A DNA stretch of 27,077 nt from Gemmatimonadota bacterium (GTDB taxonomy: Bacteria; Gemmatimonadota; Gemmatimonadetes; Gemmatimonadales; GWC2-71-9), in the NCBI GenBank assembly GCA_003220905.1, contig QHTS01000087.1:1-27077 (forward strand), in the 5' to 3' direction. The translations under genes were made by a program, and so were the position numbers. The first letter of the stretch is position 1, and the number at the start of each line of letters is the position of its first letter. Of this stretch, positions 1 to 10,339 are shown in pieces. Under the pieces are notes generated by a model, which worked only from the letters and a program-made list of their open reading frames with translations, was not told the origin of the DNA and searched no databases.

Positions 1-1
1 G

Positions 2-595
2 AAGCACGTCGTGGGGTTGTTGCAGCCCGACGCCGGAGACGTCATCGTTGACGGCCGCGCGGTATCGACGCTCGAGCGGGACGCCCTCATGGCGCTGCGC
101 CGCGAGATCGGATTCGTGTTCCAGTTCGCCGCGCTGTTCGACTCGATGACCGTGTTCGACAACGTGGCGCTGGGCTTGAGGCGGCGCGACCTCTCGGACG
201 ACGAAATCGCGGATCGCGTACGCGAGGCGCTGGCGGTCGTGGACCTGACGGGCGCGGAGGAGAAGCACCCGGCCGAGCTGTCGGGCGGGATGCGCAAGCG
301 GGTGGGCATCGCACGCGCCATCGCCCTGCGTCCCCGCTACCTCCTGTACGACGAGCCCACCACCGGCCTCGACCCGGTGACCTCGGCGGTGATCGACCAG
401 CTCATGGTGCGGACCCGCGAGCATCTCGGCGTGACCGGCATCGTGGTGACGCACGACATGCGGAGCGCCTATGCCGTCGGCGACCGCATCGCCATGTTGT
501 ACGAGGGCAAGATCCGGCAGGTGGGTACCGTGGCGCAGATCCAGCAGTCGGAGGATCCCGTGGTCCGCCAGTTCATCGAGGGACGCCCCGCGTGA
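2..595 (+). CDS. mlaF: ABC transporter ATP-binding protein, MlaF/Ttg2A type (5'-truncated by window edge)
   Basis: Frame is open from the window start (KHVVGLLQPD). It contains Q-loop FQFAALFDS, signature LSGGMRKRVGIARA, Walker B LLYDEPT and H-loop VVTHD. It overlaps the start of an MCE gene (GTGA). Confidence 0.88.
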   Translation, partial: KHVVGLLQPDAGDVIVDGRAVSTLERDALMALRREIGFVFQFAALFDSMTVFDNVALGLRRRDLSDDEIADRVREALAVVDLTGAEEKHPAELSGGMRKRVGIARAIALRPRYLLYDEPTTGLDPVTSAVIDQLMVRTREHLGVTGIVVTHDMRSAYAVGDRIAMLYEGKIRQVGTVAQIQQSEDPVVRQFIEGRPA

Positions 596-1599
596 AGCGC
601 GAGAACGAATTCGCCGTCGGCTTGGTCGTGATCGCGGCGTTCGCGGTCGTGGTGGCCGGCGCGTTGTGGCTGTCGGGCGCGCATCTCGGCCGCACGGAAG
701 CGGTGTACACGGCCCGGTTCCGCACCGTGGGGGGGCTCGGCGTGGGCGATCCGGTGGTGCTGCGGGGCGTACGGGTCGGCCGGGTCGAGGCGATCCGGCT
801 CGCCTCCGGCAACTGGGTGGAGGCGGATCTGAAGATCTACGCTGGCGCGCAGCCCCCGCCCAGGCCGGCGGTGATCGCCGCGTCGGCGTCCCTGTTCGGC
901 GAGTGGGCGGCCTCGCTCGTCTCGCTCGACCAGCTCCCGAACGATCCCAATATCAAGCAGGCGATCGCGGAGGCGCAGACGGCGGGGGGCGGGAAATGGC
1001 CGGGCGCCACGCTTCCCGACATCGGCCAGCTCACCGCGCAGGCGAGCCGCATCGCGACGGACATCGCGACCGTGTCCAGCCGGATCCAGACCGCGTTCGA
1101 CTCCGAGGCCGTGCTCGAGCTGCGGCAGTCGATCAAGGATTTCGGCCAGGTCGCCGACAAGCTGGTGAAAGTCACGAACGAGCAGGCCGAGGTGATCGGA
1201 TCGGTCGGGTCGAACCTGCGCCAGGGCTCGGACGTCCTCGCCAAAGCGGCGACCAACCTGCAGGCCACCCTGGGGCGCGTGGACTCGGCGACCAACCAAG
1301 GTCAGCTCGCGACCATCCTGAACAACTCCGCGACGACCAGCGCCAACCTGCGGTCGGCGTCACAGGACTTCCGCGACCTGCTCGACGCCGCCCACAAGAA
1401 CCAGGAAAGCCTGGTGCGCGTCCTGGTGTCGGCCGACAGCGTGATGTCGCGCATCGCGAACCGCAGCGGGACGCTCGGCCTGCTGGTGTCGGACTCGACC
1501 TTGTACCGCGAGACCACCCTCACGATGATCCAGCTGCGGCAGCTCCTGTCGGACATCCAGGCGAACCCGCGGAAGTATTTCTCGTTCAGCGTCTTCTAA
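592..1599 (+). CDS. mlaD: MCE/MlaD family protein with long helical C-terminal region
   Basis: N-terminal TM helix (AVGLVVIAAFAVVVAGALWL), MCE motif GLGVGDPVVLRGVRVGRVEAI, and C-terminal GTLGLLVSDSTLY...DIQANPRKYF typical of MCE proteins. Confidence 0.85.
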   Translation: MKRENEFAVGLVVIAAFAVVVAGALWLSGAHLGRTEAVYTARFRTVGGLGVGDPVVLRGVRVGRVEAIRLASGNWVEADLKIYAGAQPPPRPAVIAASASLFGEWAASLVSLDQLPNDPNIKQAIAEAQTAGGGKWPGATLPDIGQLTAQASRIATDIATVSSRIQTAFDSEAVLELRQSIKDFGQVADKLVKVTNEQAEVIGSVGSNLRQGSDVLAKAATNLQATLGRVDSATNQGQLATILNNSATTSANLRSASQDFRDLLDAAHKNQESLVRVLVSADSVMSRIANRSGTLGLLVSDSTLYRETTLTMIQLRQLLSDIQANPRKYFSFSVF

Positions 1600-1603
1600 G
1601 GCA

Positions 1604-1704
1604 AATGCGGATTTCGGAATGCGGAATGCGGAATTGCAGTGAAGGTTCGCTCGCCTCACGACCTCCCCTGTACATTCCGCATTCCGAATTCCGCATTCCG
1701 CATT
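1604..1704. repeat. Heptamer-armed palindromic element, copy 1
   Basis: Left arm 1604-1634 is (AATGCGG)x4 plus AAT, one unit being ATTTCGG. A 39-nt core follows at 1635-1673. Right arm 1674-1704 is (ATTCCGC)x4 plus ATT, one unit being ATTCCGA. It begins 4 nt after the mlaD stop. Confidence 0.95.
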
Positions 1705-1726
1705 GGGTGAGGGGCGGGGGGATGGG

Positions 1727-2209
1727 ATGAAGCGCAAGCAGCGCCGCGCCCAGCGGGAGACCTCGGCGGGCGGGGTGGTATTCCGGCGCGGATCGGACGG
1801 CGAGCCGCGGTTCCTGCTGATCCGCGATTCCTATCGCAACTGGGGGTTCCCCAAGGGCCACCTGGAACCCGGTGAGCCCCCTGCCGACGCCGCGCGCCGC
1901 GAGGTGGCCGAGGAGACCGGGCTCCAGGATCTGGTGCTGCACGGCCCGATTCGCGTGATCGACTGGTACTTCCGATTTCGCGGCAAGACGATCCACAAGT
2001 TCTGCCACTTCTTCCTGTTCGAGTCGAGGCGCGGCGAGTGCGTGCCGCAGACGGAGGAAGGCATCAGCGACTGCGCGTGGTACAGCCCCGAGGACGCCCG
2101 CCGCACCATCTCCTACGACAACGCGCGCGCGGTGCTGGAGCAGGCGACCGCGATGGTGCACGCCCTCGCCCACGTGGTGGACCGCGCCGCCCCGGAGCAG
2201 CCCGCATGA
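1727..2209 (+). CDS. Nudix hydrolase (Ap4A-hydrolase-like)
   Basis: Complete Nudix box G-HLEPG-E-PPADAAR-REVAEETGL, preceded by SAGGVV and WGFPKG. ATG 1727 is preferred because the longer ORF start lies inside the repeat. Confidence 0.88.
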   Translation: MKRKQRRAQRETSAGGVVFRRGSDGEPRFLLIRDSYRNWGFPKGHLEPGEPPADAARREVAEETGLQDLVLHGPIRVIDWYFRFRGKTIHKFCHFFLFESRRGECVPQTEEGISDCAWYSPEDARRTISYDNARAVLEQATAMVHALAHVVDRAAPEQPA

Positions 2210-2976
2210 CCGCCGTCGTGCCGGTGTTCAACCCTCGCGCCGAGCCGCGGCGGGCGGTGAAGCGCGGCTACCCGCGCGATGCGGGGAGCGTGCGGCTGTG
2301 CCGCACCCTCGCGGCAGTCGAGCGACTGCTGTACCAACGCCTCGTTGACGCGGTGGTGCTCGACGTGAAGACCGCGCCCGCCGCCGCGCTCGCGTTGCCG
2401 GCTCGGTTTCCCCGCATCCCCATGTTCGTGCTGTCGGCCCTGCGGCCCGACGACGGCCCGCTGCTCGCCGCCTGCGATGCGGCGGGGTTCGCCGGCATGC
2501 TGGTCGAGGGGGTGGACAACTCGGTGGCGGGGGAGTGGATCGCGGCCCGTACGGCGCAGGTGGCGCGACGCGAAGCGCTCGCCGATGCGCCCAAGCTGCT
2601 CCGCCTCACCGATCGGCTGCAGCTCGCTGCCTGGGACGAGGTGCTCCGCCGGGTCGGCTTCCCCACACAGACGGGCCAGGTGGCGGCGGCGCTGCGGGTC
2701 ACACGGGAGCACCTGTCACGTGAGTTCGCCGCCGGCGGCGCTCCCAACCTGAAGCGGGTCATCGATCTGGCGCGCACGGCGTGCGCCGCCGATCTGCTGG
2801 GCAATCCCGGGTACACGGTGCGGGCGGTGGTGCACATCCTCGGCTACGCGTCGACCAGCCACCTCGCGGGGGCGGCGCGGCGCGTGGCGGGAACGACGCC
2901 GCAGGAGCTGCGGGCGGTGGGGGCGCGAGGCGTGCTTCAGAGATTCATAAGAGGAAGGACGCGGTCGCGGATATGA
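2206..2976 (+). CDS. AraC-family HTH regulator with receiver-like N-terminal region
   Basis: ATGA overlap with the Nudix stop. The C-terminal double HTH pattern is VAAALRVTREHLSREF...AADLL...TVRAVVHILGYASTSHL...VAGTTP. The N-terminal alpha/beta region contains DAVVLDVK. Confidence 0.72.
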   Translation: MTAVVPVFNPRAEPRRAVKRGYPRDAGSVRLCRTLAAVERLLYQRLVDAVVLDVKTAPAAALALPARFPRIPMFVLSALRPDDGPLLAACDAAGFAGMLVEGVDNSVAGEWIAARTAQVARREALADAPKLLRLTDRLQLAAWDEVLRRVGFPTQTGQVAAALRVTREHLSREFAAGGAPNLKRVIDLARTACAADLLGNPGYTVRAVVHILGYASTSHLAGAARRVAGTTPQELRAVGARGVLQRFIRGRTRSRI

Positions 2977-3077
2977 AATGCGGATTGCGGAATGCGGAAT
3001 GCGGAATGTACAGGGCAGGTCGTGAGGCGAGCGAACCCTCACTGCAATTCCGCATTCCGCATTCCGAATTCCGCATT
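2977..3077. repeat. Heptamer-armed palindromic element, copy 2 (inverted relative to copy 1)
   Basis: Arms 2977-3007 (AATGCGG units) and 3047-3077 (ATTCCGC units). Core 3008-3046 is the reverse complement of core 1635-1673 with 2 mismatches. It starts immediately after the AraC-gene TGA. Confidence 0.95.
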
Positions 3078-3096
3078 CTTGTGATATTCCGCACTC

Positions 3097-3114
3097 TTGT
3101 GATAAGTTTCACAA
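3097..3114. promoter_or_regulatory. Palindromic operator, Rex-type or CRP-type, upstream of atpA
   Basis: TTGTGAT-AAGT-TTCACAA has one mismatch to the Rex consensus TTGTGAA-N4-TTCACAA and is a perfect TGTGA-N6-TCACA (3098-3113). It lies 19 nt before the atpA ATG. A duplicated half-site CTTGTGATA is at 3078-3086. Confidence 0.65.
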
Positions 3115-3133
3115 TCTCCTAACCGGCATCCCA

Positions 3134-4674
<1,541 letters not shown>

Positions 4675-4675
<1 letters not shown>

Positions 4676-5607
4676 TGGCGAAGCCCCGCGAGCTGCGCCG
4701 CCGCATCAAGTCCGTCCAGAGCACGCGCAAAATCACGAAGACGATGGAGCTCGTGGCCACGTCCAAGCTGAAGCGCGCCCAGGACCGCGTCGTCGCGGCG
4801 CGGCCGTACGCGACCGCCCTCGCCGAGGTCATCGGCGACCTCTACGCGCCGGAACTGGCGGAGCGGTTTCCCCTGCTGCGCCAACCGGCGCGGGACGGGC
4901 ACGGGCGCCGGGTGGCCCTCGTGGTCATCACCGCCAATCGGGGGTTGTGCGGCGCGTTCAACGCCAACCTGATCCGCGAGGCGCGGCGCCGGATCGAGCA
5001 GCTCGAGGCCGAGGGGACCGGGGTCGACCTTCATCTCATCGGGAAGAAGGGGATCACCTACTTCAAGTTCGCGAAGCGGGCGGCGGCGTCGCAGCGGACC
5101 GACGTGGGTGACAAGCCCAAAGCCGAGCATGCGGCCGAGATTGTGGGTCCACTCATGAGCCAGTTCGAGGCGGGGGCGCTGGATGCGGTGGAGGTGGTGT
5201 TCGCCCAGTTCAAGAGCGCGGTGAGCACCCCGCCCACGACGCTGCGCATCCTCCCGATTACCCCTCCCCGGGCGGACGGGCGGACGGGCGGACGGGCGGA
5301 CGCGGTGCAGTCACAGACCGCCAGTCCGGCTGACCGCCCGTCCGCCGCCTTCTATATCCTCAAGCCGTCCGCCGACGCGATCCTCGAGCAGCTCCTGCCG
5401 CTCTACGTGCGCAATCAGTTGTACCGGGCGCTCGTGGAAACCGCGGCGGCGTTCCTCGGCGCGCAGCGGACGGCGATGAAGAACGCCACCGACAACGCCG
5501 GCGAGATCATCGAGCTGCTGCAGCGCACGTACAATCGGGCGCGGCAGGCGCAGATCACCCAGGAGCTGGCGGAGATCGTCGGCGGGGCGGAGGCTCTGAA
5601 AGGATAG
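4675..5607 (+). CDS. atpG: F-type ATP synthase subunit gamma (carries an in-frame repeat-derived segment)
   Basis: Motifs RELRRRIKSVQSTRKITKTMELVA, ITANRGLCGAFNAN and AMKNATDNA...YNRARQAQITQELAEIVGGA. The ATG overlaps the atpA TGA. Confidence 0.97.
5269..5346. repeat. Octamer-armed palindromic element inside atpG
   Basis: Four perfect GGGCGGAC units at 5270-5301, a 13-nt spacer, then four degenerate reverse-complement units (AGACCGCC, AGTCCGGC, TGACCGCC, CGTCCGCC) at 5315-5346. It encodes RADGRTGGRADAVQSQTASPADRPSA. Confidence 0.9.
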
Positions 5608-7086
<1,479 letters not shown>

Positions 7087-7089
7087 GTG

Positions 7090-7338
7090 ATGCACGTCAC
7101 CGTCGTTTCGCCCGAGCGAGCGGTATTCGATGGGTCCGCCGACGCGGTCGTCGCGCCGGCGTACGACGGCCAGGTCGGCATCCTGCCGCGCCACGCTCCG
7201 TTCCTGACGTTGCTCGGGACGGGTGTGTTGCGGGTGCAACAGGGGAGCGCGTCGAGCCGCTTCCAGGTGGCGGGAGGATTCCTCCAGGTAGTCGGCGATG
7301 CCGTCAGGGTCGTCGCCGATCGGGTCGACGCGTCTTGA
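7090..7338 (+). CDS. atpC: F-type ATP synthase subunit epsilon, short form (beta-sandwich only)
   Basis: MHVTVVSPER, GQVGILPRHAP and FQVAGGFLQV motifs, directly after atpD. It is 82 aa from ATG 7090 (alternative GTG 7087). Confidence 0.92.
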   Translation: MHVTVVSPERAVFDGSADAVVAPAYDGQVGILPRHAPFLTLLGTGVLRVQQGSASSRFQVAGGFLQVVGDAVRVVADRVDAS

Positions 7339-7425
7339 CAGATCCGCGCCCCGCTTTTAGCGATGTGCGGCCGTTTGCTTCACTCGTCGCGCCCTTGCAC
7401 GGTTCCCTATAGGGGAGGCTCCCAC

Positions 7426-7974
7426 ATGCGGAAGTGGATCGGCAGTGCCCTGCTCCTTGCCGCCGTGGCGTTCATCCCGGCAGAACTCGTAGCCCAGCGG
7501 CGCCCTGCGGCCCGTCCCGCCACCCGCGCGCAGCGCCCCCGATTCGCGGCGGAGCTCAATTGGAGTAGCGACTTTGACTTCGGAATCGGCGCCCGGGGCG
7601 TGTTCGGGCTGCAGTCGCTGTTTCCCAAGGTGCCGCTCGATGGTAGCGTCTCGTTCGACTACTTCTTTCCGAGCCATCCCAGCGGCACCAGCTTACACTA
7701 CTGGGAGATCAACGGCGACGTCGCATACCGGTTCACTGTCCCGGCCAGGAGTTCCTTTCGTCCCTACGGCGGCGGTGGCTTGAACATCGTCCACGTCTCA
7801 AGCAAGGTCACCTTCGGGGGTCAAACCATCAGCGGCTCCGACACCAAGGTTGGACTGAACCTGCTCGGCGGTACCACGTTCAAGGTGAAGGGCACGATCA
7901 CCCCGTTCGTGGAAGCTCGCGGGGAGCTCGGTGGGGGTAAGACGTTCGTCCTCACGGGCGGCGTCCGCTTCTGA
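7426..7974 (+). CDS. Small outer-membrane beta-barrel protein (OmpA-membrane-domain-like)
   Basis: RBS GGGGAGG, signal peptide ending in ..LVAQ, alternating amphipathic strands (FRPYGGGGLNIV, PFVEARGEL) and C-terminal GGVRF. Confidence 0.8.
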   Translation: MRKWIGSALLLAAVAFIPAELVAQRRPAARPATRAQRPRFAAELNWSSDFDFGIGARGVFGLQSLFPKVPLDGSVSFDYFFPSHPSGTSLHYWEINGDVAYRFTVPARSSFRPYGGGGLNIVHVSSKVTFGGQTISGSDTKVGLNLLGGTTFKVKGTITPFVEARGELGGGKTFVLTGGVRF

Positions 7975-7987
7975 TCCATTGACTCTC

Positions 7988-8022
7988 GGCGCGGCCCGTC
8001 CACTTGGTGGGCGGGCCGCGTC
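7988..8022 (+). terminator. Probable intrinsic terminator or stabilising hairpin
   Basis: 16-bp stem GGCGCGGCCCGTCCAC / GTGGGCGGGCCGCGTC with 2 G-U pairs and a 3-nt loop, 13 nt after the stop. The U-tract is weak (GCTTTG). Confidence 0.5.
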
Positions 8023-8100
8023 GCTTTGCGCGCGCGGAACGATGCCCGGTCGGCTGGGTACCTGTTTCACGCTGACCCGGATTGACGGAAGGAGCCGAGC

Positions 8101-8718
8101 ATGAGACGTGAGGTAGCGGTCTTGGTCGCGGTGCTGGCGGGAGGGGCCTCCCCGCAATCGGCCGGGGCGCAGGCGACTGGCATGCCGTCATTCAACGCCC
8201 CCTACCGGGCCTTCCAGCGCTCGGAGCTCGGCGGCGTCTTCAGCTTTCCGGAGGGGGGCGGCACCGCGTTCGAAGGCGTGTACCGCTATGCGAGCGGCAA
8301 GTTCGACATCGGATTGCGTGGAGGGTTTTTCGCTCCTGGCAGCGGCGCGAAGACGGTCCTGCTCGCCGGCGCGGAGGCGCGCCAGCGCGTGATCACGCAC
8401 ACCGTGGATTTCCCGCTGGACGGGGCACTCATGGTGGGAGCGGGCGCCAATGTGGTGAGCGGCGGCTCGGCGCTCATCATCCCGGTCGGGCTCTCGCTCG
8501 GCCGGCGCATCGATCCGCAGGGATCCACCGTGAGCATCGTGCCGTACGTGCAGCCCACGTTCGCGTTCATCGTCGGCGACTTCCCGTCCGATCTCGTGTT
8601 CGGCTTCGGCGTCGGCGCGGACTTCCGGCTGTCTCGCGTGCTCGACGCGCGCGTCTCCGGCGGCCTGGGCGACCGGCCGCTCACCGGCGTGTCGATCGGC
8701 GCCGTGTGGGTGCACTGA
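8101..8718 (+). CDS. Putative outer-membrane beta-barrel protein
   Basis: RBS GAAGGAG, signal peptide (..AGAQ), Gly/aromatic-rich amphipathic strands (IVPYVQPTF, FGFGVGADFRL). The mature N-terminus QATGMPSFNAP resembles the next two genes. Confidence 0.72.
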   Translation: MRREVAVLVAVLAGGASPQSAGAQATGMPSFNAPYRAFQRSELGGVFSFPEGGGTAFEGVYRYASGKFDIGLRGGFFAPGSGAKTVLLAGAEARQRVITHTVDFPLDGALMVGAGANVVSGGSALIIPVGLSLGRRIDPQGSTVSIVPYVQPTFAFIVGDFPSDLVFGFGVGADFRLSRVLDARVSGGLGDRPLTGVSIGAVWVH

Positions 8719-8721
8719 ACT

Positions 8722-8793
8722 GAAGGAGGTTGTGGAGGATGGTGAAGGTTGGTGATCCTCCACCATCCTCCACCGACCTCCACCAACCTCCCC
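8722..8793. repeat. Decamer-armed palindromic element
   Basis: Left arm of GGTGGAGGTT-like units (GGAGGTT GTGGAGGAT GGTGAAGGTT GGTGA) abuts right arm TCCTCCACCA TCCTCCACCG ACCTCCACCA ACCTCC. It starts 3 nt after a stop codon. Confidence 0.85.
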
Positions 8794-8805
8794 GAAGGAG
8801 TACTT

Positions 8806-9441
8806 ATGCGCGCAGTGTTGACACTGGGATTGGCAGCATGTCTGGCGACGCCCGCAGCGGCGCAGTGGCTGGGAATGCCGGTGTGGAACAGCCCCAAGGG
8901 CGGGACCGGGGTCACGATCAGCGGTGACTACGGGAAGCCCAATGATGCGAACGGGGGTGGTAACGCTTGGGGAGGCCACGCCTCGCTCGGCGTCGGCACG
9001 CTGACCTTCACGGCCGGTGTGGCGCGCTGGAAGCCCGACGCGGCTACTGAGGGCTTCACGTCCATCGGTGGGAACGCGGCGTTCCGGCTGATCGGCGGCA
9101 GCTTGCTGCCGTTCTCCCTCAACCTGCAGGCCGGTGCGGCTCGGACCGATTCCGCCAATTCCACGCCCGCCCGGACCGCGGTCACGGGTGCGGTAGGGTT
9201 TTCTGTGCCCCTGCCGACGCCCGGCATCAGCATCGAGCCGTATTTCTCTCCCGGCATCCGGTACCGCAGTAGCGGCGGCACGAACACCACCAAGTTCGGG
9301 TACGTGTTCGGGGCCAACCTCAGCTTCGGCCTCGTCGGGGTGCACCTCGCCTACGACAATGAGAGAAAGACGGGCGGCGGGAACGTGGGGGTGTTCGGCG
9401 TCGGTCTGCACGTGGATCTCCACCTGCCGCTCGGTATGTGA
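8806..9441 (+). CDS. Putative outer-membrane beta-barrel protein, paralog A
   Basis: RBS GAAGGAG, signal peptide (..TPAAAQ), amphipathic strands. It is a clear paralog of 9615-10265 (shared QWLG.P.WN.P..GTG.TI.GDY, AAFRLIGGSL.P..LNLQ, EP..SPGIRY). Confidence 0.75.
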   Translation: MRAVLTLGLAACLATPAAAQWLGMPVWNSPKGGTGVTISGDYGKPNDANGGGNAWGGHASLGVGTLTFTAGVARWKPDAATEGFTSIGGNAAFRLIGGSLLPFSLNLQAGAARTDSANSTPARTAVTGAVGFSVPLPTPGISIEPYFSPGIRYRSSGGTNTTKFGYVFGANLSFGLVGVHLAYDNERKTGGGNVGVFGVGLHVDLHLPLGM

Positions 9442-9451
9442 GCGGGACCTA

Positions 9452-9477
9452 AAGGAGGTTCCTCCACCAACCTCCCC
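9452..9477. repeat. Internally deleted remnant of the decamer-armed element
   Basis: AAGGAGGTT-CCTCCACCAACCTCCCC joins the first and last parts of the 8722-8793 element. It lies 10 nt after the paralog A stop. Confidence 0.65.
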
Positions 9478-9520
9478 CGTGTCGATCAGCCTCGTGCAGG
9501 TGCATTAGAGCGACACAGGA

Positions 9521-9549
9521 TTGACTAGCGGGGCCGCGGTTCCTACCGT
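9521..9549 (+). promoter_or_regulatory. Candidate sigma70-type promoter for paralog B
   Basis: TTGACT, a 17-nt spacer, then TACCGT (TAnnnT), 65 nt upstream of ATG 9615. Confidence 0.45.
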
Positions 9550-9614
9550 TGCTCCATCTCGCTGGACCGTGCGCCCTGGTCCCACACGGTTTCCTCAGGC
9601 GTGAGGGGGCACTT

Positions 9615-10265
9615 ATGAAGCGCACAGCGTTGACGCTCGGATTGGCATTGCTGGCGACGCCGGCCACGGCACAGTGGCTCGGCGAGCCGGCGTGGAACCA
9701 CCCAAACGCCGGGACCGGCTTCACGATCTACGGGGATTACACCCAGCCCAGCAGTGAGGCGGGGGGCGGGAACGCTTTCGGCGGCCGCATCACGCTCGGG
9801 GCCGGTACGTTCACCTTGACGGGCGGGGTGTCGTCCTGGAAAAAAGACCTCGTCAGCGAGCGGGTAACCACCTTCGGTGGCACGGCCGCGTTCCGCTTGA
9901 TCGGCGGCAGCCTCATCCCGGTCGCCCTCAACCTGCAGCTTGGCGGCGGTCACAGCCTGGAGATCACCTCCAGCAGGACCACCGTGCCGGTGCAGACCAC
10001 GCTGCTCGCCGCGGTAGGCTTGAGCGTCCCGCTGCCCACACCGGTCGTACGTGTCGAGCCGTTCGTCTCGCCCGGGATTCGGTATCACCACTATGCAAAC
10101 GCGGCCCCGAACCAGACCAACTTCGGATGGGTGATCGGAGGCAACGTCGGGTTCGGACCGATTGGGATTCACGTCGCCTACGACTCGGAAAAGTTCGACG
10201 ACGGGAAGAGACACGGAGTGCTCGGCATCGGCGCCAACATCGAGCTCCGGCCGTCAGGCCCGTAA
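9615..10265 (+). CDS. Putative outer-membrane beta-barrel protein, paralog B
   Basis: RBS GAGGGGG, signal peptide (..TPATAQ), same motifs as 8806-9441. Confidence 0.75.
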   Translation: MKRTALTLGLALLATPATAQWLGEPAWNHPNAGTGFTIYGDYTQPSSEAGGGNAFGGRITLGAGTFTLTGGVSSWKKDLVSERVTTFGGTAAFRLIGGSLIPVALNLQLGGGHSLEITSSRTTVPVQTTLLAAVGLSVPLPTPVVRVEPFVSPGIRYHHYANAAPNQTNFGWVIGGNVGFGPIGIHVAYDSEKFDDGKRHGVLGIGANIELRPSGP

Positions 10266-10339
10266 CGGCTGGATCACAACCCGGTCGGAAGCCGCTACCT
10301 TTTGGGGCGCGGCGCGCCCCGTCCGTTTCCAGGAGCTCT

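Noticed and set aside
1604-3077. CRISPR array or composite transposon interpretation of the repeats
   Set aside because: There is no repeat-spacer periodicity, no cas genes, no transposase and no target-site duplication.
1586-3122. ORFs with MRNAECGMRN / [10 protein letters not shown] peptides
   Set aside because: These are translations of the heptamer repeat arms, not proteins.
7335-7364. TTGACA overlapping the atpC stop as a promoter for the first OMP
   Set aside because: No acceptable -10 hexamer at 16-18 nt spacing (best is TAGCGA).
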